A stretch of DNA of 63,435 bases, filler included, from Octopus bimaculoides (Eukaryota): NCBI RefSeq assembly GCF_001194135.2. It is 6 parts of 6 records of this genome, joined end to end, with 100 filler letters (N's around TTAATTAATTAA, not from the genome) between each part and the next. Parts side by side here need not be neighbours in the genome. Positions count along the whole stretch, not along the records: positions 14,122 to 23,962 come from NC_068987.1; positions 24,063 to 45,880 come from NC_068981.1; 4 more parts are not named here. The stretch is one strand, 5' to 3'. This document shows positions 15,385 through 25,858 of this stretch, one piece after another; the stretch's first letter is position 1, and every line of letters starts with the position of its first letter. Both the position numbers and the translations under genes were made by a program. The notes under the pieces were generated by a model. That model saw nothing but the letters and a program-made list of their open reading frames with translations. It was not told where the DNA came from and ran no database searches.

Positions 15385-15556
15385 TTTTGTTCGATCAGTC
15401 TCCATGGATAAATGGAAAGACAGTGAGCTGGAAAAAATGAAAGTGGGGGGTAATAACAAAGCAAAAGAATTCTTTGAATCACAAGAAGACTATCAAGAAG
15501 GATGGTCTATCCAGGAGAAATATAATTCAAAAGCTGCAGCACTCTACAGAGATAAG
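15385..15556 (+). CDS. ARFGAP1: ARFGAP1 internal exon, C-terminal half of the ArfGAP domain
   Basis: ttttcag acceptor and AAG|gtatt donor. Translates (S)FVRSVSMDKWKDSELEKMKVGGNNKAKEFFESQEDYQEGWSIQEKYNSKAAALYRDK, closely matching the ArfGAP1-type domain. 172 nt, phase 2 to 0. Confidence 0.95.
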
Positions 15557-16893
15557 GTATTAATTTAAACTTATAGAGTCGTCATCGTTGTTGTTGCTGT
15601 TGTTGTTGTTATTGCTTACCTCCAAGTCAGCCCTGACCGAGCTGATGTGTTTCCAGTTAATGCAGACAATCAACTTGCCCTTTTATTCCTTTGGTACTAT
15701 TGACACACAAAAGACACTCGCTACACTCTGTAAAGTGGTTGGCATTAGGAACGGCATCCAACCATAGAAACCAAGCCAAAACAAATGACTGGAGCCTGGT
15801 GCAGCTCTCCAGCCTACCAGCTCTAGTCAAACCGTCTAACCCATGCCAGCATGGAAAATGGATGTTAAATGATGATGATGTAGCTTAGGGTTTAGGGTGT
15901 TGAGCTCTTGATCATAAGGTTGTGAATTCAATTCTTGGTGGCACATTGTGTCCTTGAGCAAGACACTTTATTTCAAATTGCTCCAGTCCATTCAGCTGGC
16001 ATAAATGAGTTGTACCTGTATTTCAAGCAACCAGCCTTGTTACATTCTGTGTCTCGCTGAATCCCCTTGAGAACTAAATTAAGGGTGCACGTGTCTGCTG
16101 AGTGTTCAGCCCACTTACGTGTTAATTTCAGGAGGAGGCTGTTCCATTGATTGGATCATCTGGAACACTTGTCATCATAACCAATGGAGCACCAGCTAGA
16201 TAGACACAATCATGACTGTGTCGTTAAGAATTTCACTTTAAAACCACCTGGTTAGGGGTTTGGTCCTCTTGCTTGGGCTGTTTATGTCCTTCCTTTTATG
16301 TGCCGGTGGCACATAAAAGGCACCCACTACACTCTTGGAGTGGTTGGCGTTAGGAAGAGCATCCAGCTGCAGAAACTTAGCCAGATCAGATTGAGCCTGG
16401 TGCAGCCTCTGGCTTACCAGTCTTCAGTCAAACCGTCCAACCCATGCCAGCATGGAAAGCGGACGTTAAACGATGATGATGATGGTTGAGAGGAAAGGTT
16501 TGTGCCCATTGCCATTACAAGCTTATCAATACTAACGGGATCAATTTGGTTCGTGTTTCTCTTGAGCAGTTTCAAGGTTTAACGATTGGATACAATAAAG
16601 GGAGGACAACCCCAGTAACTCCAGTAGTAGTGGTGGTGGTGGTAGTAGTAGACGACGACAAGACAATAAAGGAAAAGGCTTTAACGGGAGGCAATGTGAT
16701 TGTAAAACCAGAGGCTGGAGTGAGTTCTTGAGTGTGTGTCGGTTAGAAAGGTGGCCTTTCTTAGCAGTAACACAATGGTTTTGATTTGATTTATGCCTGT
16801 CATTGCAAAATATTTTTTGAATATGGGTTTTGTGCCTCATCAAAACAAATCTGTTGTTAATGTCAATATTTGTTTTTCTTTTTATCATTCTAG

Positions 16894-17054
16894 ATATTAA
16901 CCGAATCAGAAGGAAAAACATGGAACATTGCTACATCTACAGCACGAAATTATATTCCAGCTCAACCCCGGTTAACTCCCTTCAACGCAATTTCCTCAAA
17001 AGACGGTGTTGTCACATGTAGCGGTGGCTACCAAGAATCACATAGCTTATCAAA
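16894..17054 (+). CDS. ARFGAP1: ARFGAP1 internal exon following the GAP domain
   Basis: ttctag acceptor and AA|gtaagt donor. Translates ILTESEGKTWNIATSTARNYIPAQPRLTPFNAISSKDGVVTCSGGYQESHSLS(K); the EGKTW..S.A.NY.P.QPR segment is typical of ArfGAP1. 161 nt, phase 0 to 2, in frame with the previous exon. Confidence 0.88.
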
Positions 17055-17185
17055 GTAAGTAAAATTATGTCTAATGAAATTCACCCTGCTCTATGTGTTT
17101 AATTGATTTATAAAATTTAGAATTACAAATTTGGTTGCAATTAGTAAAATGTTTAACTCCTCCTATTTTTGTATATTATGTACAT

Positions 17186-17268
17186 ATCTGATTATCCAAG
17201 TTAAGCACCGTGAAGCCTAGTTAGTACTTAGATGGGTGACCACTTGAGAAACCTAGGTGATATAAGCA
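17186..17268 (+). pseudogene. 5'-truncated 5S rRNA pseudogene or 5S-derived SINE head
   Basis: atctgattatccaagttaagcaccgtgaagcctagttagtacttagatgggtgaccacttgagaaacctaggtgatataagc aligns to the 3' two-thirds of metazoan 5S rRNA, including the internal control region, with many C>T and G>A changes. Confidence 0.8.
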
Positions 17269-18203
17269 TCTCACACTTTATAGGTGCAGGTGTGGCTGTG
17301 TGATAAGAAGCTTGCTCCCCAACCACATGGTTCCAGGTTCAGTCTGACTGTGTGACAACTTGTGAGTGGATTTGGTAGATGGAAACTGAAAGAAGCCCGT
17401 TGTGTGTGTGTGTGTGTGTGTGTATACAGGTACTGAACCTCTTATCCAGCAACCTTGGGACCGGAAGTGGTCTGGATTTCTGGACACAGGCTAAATATAT
17501 ACCAAAATATGAGAGAAGCAGTAAAAAGCAAAGAACAAAATTGTATAACATATACAAATTAATACATTTCTAAAGCAGGGTCTAAAATTTAAGTATCTGT
17601 TCTTTTTGTTTCTCAATATCATAGACAGTAGACATACCAACACCATATTCCTCACTCAAAATATGCACCGAAGCACCTTTATCGAGTCTTGGGTAGGTTG
17701 GTATCAAAATAGTTTAAATAGTGTTCATATTTAAATTTAGACTAGCAACCTAGTTATGTAAAGCAAGTTATTTTTCTGAACGAACGAACGAAAGTATTTA
17801 CCTCTCCTCATGGCTGAGAGTCAGAAGTCTTGAGCACAAACCATTGGCTGCATCTCCATATTCTATGTGGGGATGAATAGGGTCAGTGTCAGTGGATTCT
17901 GAGTTCTCTTCCAACCTCATTTTCTGTCTGGATTTGACATCCTTATCCTTCACTTCTTCATAAGCACTCTGAGGAAGTTATGCACAGAGTTATCCCTCTT
18001 TTACTTTCTCATTTATAGCATTGGAGTAGCTGTGAACTGAGCAGTTCCTTTTCCTAGAGACTTGCTTTAACGGAAGCAAAGGGAGCTTCACTCTCCAGTT
18101 TAAAAGCATGCTGGACACTGTCCCAGAATTTCTTAATCACCATTATTTTCCTAAATTCCTCCAAATTTTTGATTAATTTTGCAATTAATTGAAATACATC
18201 AAC

Positions 18204-18356
18204 CTGAGTGGTTGGCGTTAGGAAGGGCATCCAGCTGTAGAAACTCTGCCAAATTTAGATTGGAGCCTGGTGTTGCCATCCGGTTTCACCAGTCCTCAGT
18301 CAAGTCGTCCAACCCATGCTAGCATGGAAAGCAGACGTTAAACGATGATGATGATG
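18204..18356 (+). mobile_element. RTE 3'-end fragment with (GAT)n tail
   Basis: Near-identical to the 3' end of the LINE at 21437. Related copies at ~15715, 16295, 19945, 20895, 33690, 34040 (+) and 33147, 34465, 36660, 40205, 44445 (-). Confidence 0.85.
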
Positions 18357-19424
18357 AAATATGACTCTGGAAGTGTTAAACAGTTGTTTTTCTATCAAAG
18401 AAAAAGAGGTTATCTCATGTAGGTTAGAAACGAAAGGGTTAAATAAATACTCTAGTTACTATTTACCCCTTACATACTTGATGTTTTCTTGGTACATATG
18501 TAGATTAAGAAAGGATTGTCATTGTCCAGACTACAATACAGTATCATAAATATGTTAACTATTAAAACTACTTCTCTTGGTACAACAAATTTTTTCTAAA
18601 TAGAGATTTTGATTTATCTCCCCCTTATCATTTTTACACGTGAATGTGTATACAGGATGAAATATGCGATACATTTTTAAAATATGTTCATCCAATCATC
18701 AAAATCGTCATCATCGTCATCATCATAAGTCTGTTTCTCCATGCTGTCACGAATTGGACTGATCGCTTTGGTATTCTTTAAAATTGCCAAACAGAGTAGA
18801 CTTACAGTTTCATTATCATCATGTGTGTGGGCATGGTTGTGTGATTAAGAAGTTTACTTCACAACTAATTCATTTCAGGTTCAGTTCCACCACACAGTAC
18901 CTTGAACAAACGTTTTCTATAGCCCTGGATTGATCGATGCTATGTGTGCAGGAAGCCCATCATAATTAAATATATAGATACANNNNNNNNNNNNNNNNNN
19001 NNNNNNNNNNNNNNNNNNNNNNNNNNNNNNNNNNNNNNNNNNNNNNNNNNNNNNNNNNNNNNNNNNNNNNNNNNNNNNNNNNNNNNNNNNNNNNNNNNNN
19101 NNNNNNNNNNNNNNNNNNNNNNNNNNNNNNNNNNNNNNNNNNNNNNNNNNNNNNNNNNNNNNNNNNNNNNNNNNNNNNNNNNNNNNNNNNNNNNNNNNNN
19201 NNNNNNNNNNNNNNNNNNNNNNNNNNNNNNNNNNNNNNNNNNNNNNNNNNNNNNNNNNNNNNNNNNNNNNNNNNNNNNNNNNNNNNNNNNNNNNNNNNNN
19301 NNNNNNNNNNNNNNNNNNNNNNNNNNNNNNNNNNNNNNNNNNNNNNNNNNNNNNNNNNNNNNNNNNNNNNNNNNNNNNNNNNNNNNNNNNNNNNNNNNNN
19401 NNNNNNNNNNNNNNNNNNNNNNNN

Positions 19425-19710
19425 CTTCTCCAACATACTGAGAATTCAGAAATAGCAGCCAAAGAACTACTGATTCCAAAACTACAAATTATTACTCTAA
19501 ATTGATAGCGTATTCTAGAGTATTCTTTGCTCTTAACTGTGAAACAATCGTACTAAATTAACTAAAGGCAAGTGGTTTTTTTACTCTTCTCTACTGTTTT
19601 TTGTTCTGTGTGTATCAAAAATATCACTATCAATTTAGAGTAATAATTTGTAGTTTTGGAATCAGTAGTTCTTTGGCTGCTATTTCTGAATTCTCAGTAT
19701 GTTGGAGAAG
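19425..19710. repeat. Perfect 84-bp inverted repeat (19425-19508 / 19627-19710)
   Basis: Exact reverse complement; the left arm begins at the edge of an N gap. Confidence 0.9.
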
Positions 19711-20156
19711 CAGGTTACTGTCAATCCCTATATATTTATGATTATATATATATATTCACACACACACCTGTGTATGCTTGTGCATGCTTATAGTTGTGTG
19801 TTAATGTTTATATATTCCATGCACTTTACTACTTGAGGGAATTGGTGTTGATGTTGACTTGTTGACATTACAACCAGTTGTTCTGTGCTTTCAAAAACAT
19901 GAGGAATAGAGATGCCTAAATTTAAAAACAGGTAAGAGTTGGAGGCAGGAAGAGCATCCAGTCAAAAAGTCCTGCCATAAATAAATCTCCATCAAAACCC
20001 ATGCTAACCTGGAAAAATGAGCATTAAACAAACATCACCAGCTGATCATACAAGGCTGTTTTCATTTAGGACCATTTTAATTGAATACTCCTTTTGGTGT
20101 ATCTTTTGTGTGTAACTCATTCTTCATTATCAGATTCAATATGTTTTTGTTTGCAG

Positions 20157-20225
20157 AGATGAGCTAGATAAGAAAAAAGAAGAATTCTTTTATAGCAGAC
20201 AAATGGAAAATGCTGCCCGATCAGA
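20157..20225 (+). CDS. ARFGAP1: ARFGAP1 internal 69-nt exon
   Basis: ttgcag acceptor and GA|gtaagt donor. Translates (K)DELDKKKEEFFYSRQMENAARS(E), matching the invertebrate ArfGAP1 KE.FF...Q.ENA.R motif. Phase 2 to 2. Confidence 0.88.
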
Positions 20226-20313
20226 GTAAGTTATTGGAGTTATTTTTATTTCATTTTACTTCTCAGAGCTCTCGAGCTTACTTGTTCTAGTCAGTTCTGT
20301 GAGAATGGACAGT

Positions 20314-20509
20314 ATCATCATCATCATCATCATCGTTTAATGTCCGCTTTCCATGCTAGCATGGGTTGGACGATTTGACTGAGGACTGGTGAAACCGGAT
20401 GGCAACACCAGGCTCCAATCTAATTTGGCAGAGTTTCTACAGCTGGATGCCCTTCCTAACGCCAACCACTCAGAGAGTGTAGTGGGTGCATTTACGTGTC
20501 ACCCGCACG
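20314..20509 (-). mobile_element. RTE 3'-end fragment with (GAT)n tail
   Basis: Reverse-complement match to 18204-18356 with 3 substitutions and 1 indel over ~150 bp. Confidence 0.85.
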
Positions 20510-21141
20510 TCAAAAGTTTCACAGGGTCTCTCAGGGTTCCTTTCCATAAATTATAAGACTCGGTACCTAGATATTGTTGTTGTTAAGGCAGCAAGCTGAC
20601 AGATTTGTTAATAGTCTAGGTGAAATGCTTAGCATCATTTCATCCATCTTTATGTTGTTGAGTTCAAATTCCGCCAAGGTCAACTTTACCTTTCCTCCTT
20701 TCAGGGTCAATAAAATAAGTATCAGTTGAGCACTGGGGTTGATGTAAAAAATTGCTGGCCTTGTCACAAAATTTGAAAGCAGTGTTGCTGTTGTTGTTGT
20801 TGTCGTTGTTTTGATTAAGGTAGCAAGCTGGCAGAATTGTTAGCATGGTGGATAAATTCTTAGTGGAATTTCTTCCAGTTCTTTACATTTTCCCGGCGTT
20901 AGGAAGGGCATCTAGCTGTAGAAACTCTACCAGATCAGATTGGAGCCTGGTGCAGCCATCAAATCGTCCAACCCATGCTAGCATGGAAAGCGGACGTTAA
21001 ACGACGATGATGAAAGGACATAAGATAAAATAAGAACAATAATGAATGAATGAAAAATAAATATATAGTGTGTGTGGTTGGTTTTATTCCTTTATTAATT
21101 AATTGTTTCTTTGTTATTTTTATCTTTCTTTTTTCTTTCAG

Positions 21142-21235
21142 AGACATTCCACCAAGCCAGGGAGGTAAATATATAGGTTTTGGCAGTACTCCTGACCCAG
21201 TTCCTCAAGATGATTATATGTCTTCTATCTCTACA
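21142..21235 (+). CDS. ARFGAP1: ARFGAP1 internal exon leading into the ALPS1 region
   Basis: tttcag acceptor and ACA|gtaagt donor. Translates (E)DIPPSQGGKYIGFGSTPDPVPQDDYMSSIST, with the conserved PPSQG.KY.GFG motif. 94 nt, phase 2 to 0. Confidence 0.92.
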
Positions 21236-21436
21236 GTAAGTTAATATTTAAAACTCACTTGAAATTGTAGCAGAATTAAAGCAAGTATTTATTTATAGCA
21301 TTTACATTCCAAGTTCAAATCCCACTGAGGTCAACCTTGCTTTGCATCCTTTCAGTGGGGTTGGCAGGAGGGTCGATAAAATAAAGTACCAGTGAAGTAC
21401 TAGCATCAATGTAATCAATAACTCCTTTCCTTTCCC

Positions 21437-22584
21437 CATCATCATCATCATCATCATCGTTTAACGTCCGCTTTCCATGCTAGCATGGGTTGGACGATTT
21501 GACTGAGGACTGGTGAAACCGGATGGCAACACCAGGCTCCAGTCTGATTTGGCAGAGTTTCTACAGCTGGATGCCCTTCCTAACGCCAACCACTCAGAGA
21601 GTGTAGTGGGTGCTTTTACGTGTCACCCGCACGAAAACGGCCACGCTCGNNNNNNNNNNNNNNNNNNNNNNNNNNNNNNNNNNNNNNNNNNNNNNNNNNN
21701 NNNNNNNNNNNNNNNNNNNNNNNNNNNNNNNNNNNNNNNNNNNNNNNNNNNNNNNNNNNNNNNNNNNNNNNNNNNNNNNNNNNNNNNNNNNNNNNNNNNN
21801 NNNNNNNNNNNNNNNNNNNNNNNNNNNNNNNNNNNNNNNNNNNNNNNNNNNNNNNNNNNNNNNNNNNNNNNNNNNNNNNNNNNNNNNNNNNNNNNNNNNN
21901 NNNNNNNNNNNNNNNNNNNNNNNNNNNNNNNNNNNNNNNNNNNNNNNNNNNNNNNNNNNNNNNNNNNNNNNNNNNNNNNNNNNNNNNNNNNNNNNNNNNN
22001 NNNNNNNNNNNNNNNNNNNNNNNNNNNNNNNNNNNNNNNNNNNNNNNNNNNNNNNNNNNNNNNNNNNNNNNNNNNNNNNNNNNNNNNNNNNNNNNNNNNN
22101 NNNNNNNNNNNNNNNNNNNNNNNNNNNNNNNNNNNNNNNNNNNNNNNNNNNNNNNNNNNNNNNNNNNNNNNNNNNNNNNNNNNNNNNNNNNNNNNNNNNN
22201 NNNNNNNNNNNNNNNNNNNNNNNNNNNNNNNNNNNNNNNNNNNNTTTCTCTCAAGATACTTACACTCTGACGGGTATTCACATTGACATTACACATCCAA
22301 CGGAGCATACTGGCTTCATTCCTTGCGAGCTTACGTATGTCCTCAGCAGTTACAGCCCATGTTTCACTGCCATGTAGCATGGTTGTTCGTACGCATGCGT
22401 CATACAGTCTGCCTTTTACTCTGAGTGAGAGTCCCTTTGTCGCCAGCAGGGGTAAGAGCTCTCTAAACTTTGCCCAGGCTATTCTTATTCTAGCAGCTAC
22501 ACTTTCAGCGCACCCACCCCCACTACTAACTTGGTCGCCCAGATAGCGGAAGCTATCGACTACCTCTAGTTTTTCACCCTGGAA
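21437..22584 (-). mobile_element. 5'-truncated RTE-clade LINE in an ARFGAP1 intron (gap inside)
   Basis: Open minus-strand frame QGEKLEVVDSFRYLGDQVSSGGGCAESVAARIRIAWAKFRELLPLL...MLHGSETWAVTAEDIRKLARNEASMLRWMC. The 3' end and (GAT)n tail lie at 21437-21649. Confidence 0.88.
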
Positions 22585-22779
22585 TCATTTTAAAAATAAA
22601 TAATCACATCATCAAAATCTCAAAGCTACAAGATAATGTATTATTAATTCAAAACAATGTGAATAAATAAGCATTACATTTGACAGTAATCTGAATGCTA
22701 AAGGGTTGAATGTTATACTATTATCTACTGCTGTTGTCTTTGTCACTGTGCAAATGCAGGAAAATTGTTTGGAATAGAA

Positions 22780-23088
22780 TAGTAGTTTCCAAAGTGGGCA
22801 GTATTGCTCCCCTAGGGGCAGTGGAAAGTTCCAAGGGGGCATTGAAGGAAAGTGGGGCAATAATAGGGTTACGATTCATGTAAAAAGTGGGGTGATAATG
22901 GGGTAACGATTCATGCAAAAACAACAAAATAATGGGTTCATAAGGTTAAGTTTTATTTGTGAAACACAGTTGCCTTGAGTTTGCTTCAGAAAGGGGTCTA
23001 TTTTTTGATGGTTAGTTGGGATGGGGTCACTAGGAATGTGGCCGCAGTGTCAAGGGGGTGGCAGCCCAAAAAAGTTTAGGAACCACAG
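22780..23088. mobile_element. hAT (Charlie-like) MITE
   Basis: Degenerate TIRs tagtagtttccaaa / tttaggaaccacag, flanked by an exact 8-bp TSD GAATAGAA (22772-22779 and 23089-23096). Confidence 0.85.
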
Positions 23089-24819
23089 GAATAGAAGAAT
23101 ACAATGACGGTGTGTATATGTGTGTCCTGTTTGTGCCCTAATTTAGTGAACAGTCGGTAGATTTCCTCAGCTGGTGCAACCTACTGAATCATTTTAATGT
23201 AAGGTAGGTGGTCAATATTTGAATGATGTTCGTGGAATTGAAGCCACTACCACTATCACCACCACTTCCACCACCACCACCACCATCAGCAGCAGCAGCA
23301 TCAATATTGCTATTTATTATTTTTGTCACCATCATCATAGTCATCATCGCTATCGCAATCATCATCCTTATTCATAGCTGCGTTTTCTTTCAGCTGTAGG
23401 TCAGAAATGTTTACTTTGTGACAACTGTCACCAATCCATATGTATGGCTGTCGTAATCATCACTACCACCACCACCACCACTGATGCCATCAACATCATC
23501 ATCATTATCATCATCAGCACCATCACTGTCATTGGTGCAACCATTATTTCCATATCCGTTTTGCAACACTTGCCTTATGTTAGATTACTTTGTCTGGTTT
23601 GCCCTAAAGTTGTATTTGTTTTATTTATATTCTTTTATTCTTTTACTTGTTTCAGTCATTTGACTGTAGCCATGCTGGAGCACCACCTTTAGTCGAACAA
23701 ATCAACCCCAGAACTTATTCTTTGTAAGCCTAGTACATATTCTGTCTGTTCTCTTTTGCCGAACCACTAAGTTACAGAGATGTAAACTCATCAGCATCGG
23801 TTGTCAATCAAGCGATGATGGGGAAACAAACACAGGCACACAAACATATACATATATATATATATATATATATATTTATATTTATAAAAAAGAAGTTTGA
23901 AAACGCCAATATATAAAAAAAAAAAAATGAATTTTAATTTAACATGTTTCGGTTTTTGTAAANNNNNNNNNNNNNNNNNNNNNNNNNNNNNNNNNNNNNN
24001 NNNNNNTTAATTAATTAANNNNNNNNNNNNNNNNNNNNNNNNNNNNNNNNNNNNNNNNNNNNACAAGCAAGGCGGATAACTCCAAACCTCTTTTAAAGTC
24101 AGTGGCTTTCAACAGACCGGGCCATGATTAAAATCTTACAAGTCTATCGAAGTGTGTATAGGAACTTGTTGGGTAATCATTTAGGTGAGGGCCTGGAATC
24201 ATAAAAATATTTTTTCTAAAACCTCTCGACAAAACCCTTAAGTAAAACAATAAAAAAGTTGTTTTGTTTTTGTGCTCTTTTTTTTTCGTTAATTTTTTTT
24301 CTGGCACATTAATAGTAGCCTCCCCTAGATCTATGAACTTTTACGCTATAAGCTTTTTTTTTTTTTGTTAATTTTGTTTTTTGTTGTTTTAATTTTCTCG
24401 CAGCCGAAAGTATCTATCAACCTAAATTAAACGAAAGAACTACAGGTCAAAGTCTACATACTGGTGTTTTTCATATGACAGGGGGTCGGTATGGAAGAGG
24501 AGGAGTGTCTATGAAAATCGAAAGGGGATGTACAACTTGCTATGTTTAATAAGAAACTTATCCAACTCTATGGTGAGAAAGCATAATTTTATCAATGCAG
24601 TCATTTTGTCATTTTATTAATAGGGGTAAAATATTTCTCTAGTTCTGAAAGGTATCTTTGGTTTTTGTTTTGCTTTGTTTTGTTTGTTAGTTTTTTGTTT
24701 TGTTTATCCCTTGTCTTAGCTTCTAGCATTCGTCCGTTTCAAAGTCACTTCTATCTGTTTTATTCTTTGTACTCATCATATTTGCATAGTGTTAATAATT
24801 TATTCTGTGTAATGCGGTG

Positions 24820-25050
24820 AGGTGGCAGAAACGTTGGCAGAAACGTTAGCACGCCGGGCGAAATGCTTAGTGGTATTTCGACTGCCGCTACGCTCTGAGT
24901 TCAAATTCCGCCGAGGTCGACTTTGCCTTTCATCCTTTCGGGGTCGATTAAGTAAGTACCAGTTACGCACTGGGGATCGATATAATCGACTTAATCCGTT
25001 TGTCTGTCCTTGTTTGTCCCCTCTGTGTGTAGCCCCTTGTGGGCAGTAAA
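24820..25050 (+). mobile_element. tRNA-derived SINE, family B
   Basis: Core gagttcaaattccgccgaggtcgactttgcctttcatcctttcggggtcgat. Copies at ~7085(-), 20583(+), 21300(+), 25336(+), 25515(-), 32783(-), 55448(-), 57525(+) and 59440(+). Confidence 0.85.
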
Positions 25051-25094
25051 GAAATAAGAAACATTAGCATGCCGGGCGAAATGTTTAGCGGCAT

Positions 25095-25858
25095 TTCGTA
25101 GATTACCAATAACCATGTCGTGCCAACAACGGCCAGATAACTTTGTTGGGGAATGATACGGTGTAGAAGAGAAAAATCCTATAAAGCTAAAGTATATATG
25201 TATATTTAAGTCAGAGAAAACACAAAGAACACATAAAATGTTTGCTTAAACTTTAGCGACTAAGATGGATTTTATACGTGTGTGTGTGTGTATGTGTGTG
25301 CGCGCGTGTGTGTGTGTGTGGATAATATATAATTTATGCTTAGCGGTATTTCGTCTATCTTTATGTTCTGAGTTCACATTCCGTCGAGGTCGACTTTGCC
25401 TTTCATCCTTTCGGAGTCGATAAATTAAGTACCAGTTGCATACTGGGTTCAATCTAACGACTGGCCCCCTCTCCAAGAGTTTCGGGCTTTGTGCCTAGAA
25501 TAGAAAAGAATAATTTGTACTCAATTTATCGACCCCGAAAGGATAAAAAGCAAAGTCGACCTCGGTGGAATTTGAACTCAGAACATAAAGACAGACGAAA
25601 TACCGCTAAGCATAAATTATATATTATCCACACACACGCGCGCACACACACGTACACACACACACAAATGCACACGTATAAATTCCATCTTAGTCGCTAA
25701 AGTTTAAGCAAACATTTTATGTGTTCTTTGTGTTTTCTCTGACTTAAATATACATATATACTTTAGCTTTATAGGATTTTTCTCTTCTACACCGTATCAT
25801 TCCCCAACAAAGTTATCTGGCCGTTGTTGGCACGACATGGTTATTGGTAATCTACGAA
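25095..25858. repeat. Long inverted duplication (arms ~25095-25431 and ~25517-25858)
   Basis: The outer 175 bp are exact reverse complements. The inner microsatellite and SINE portions are diverged. Confidence 0.95.
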
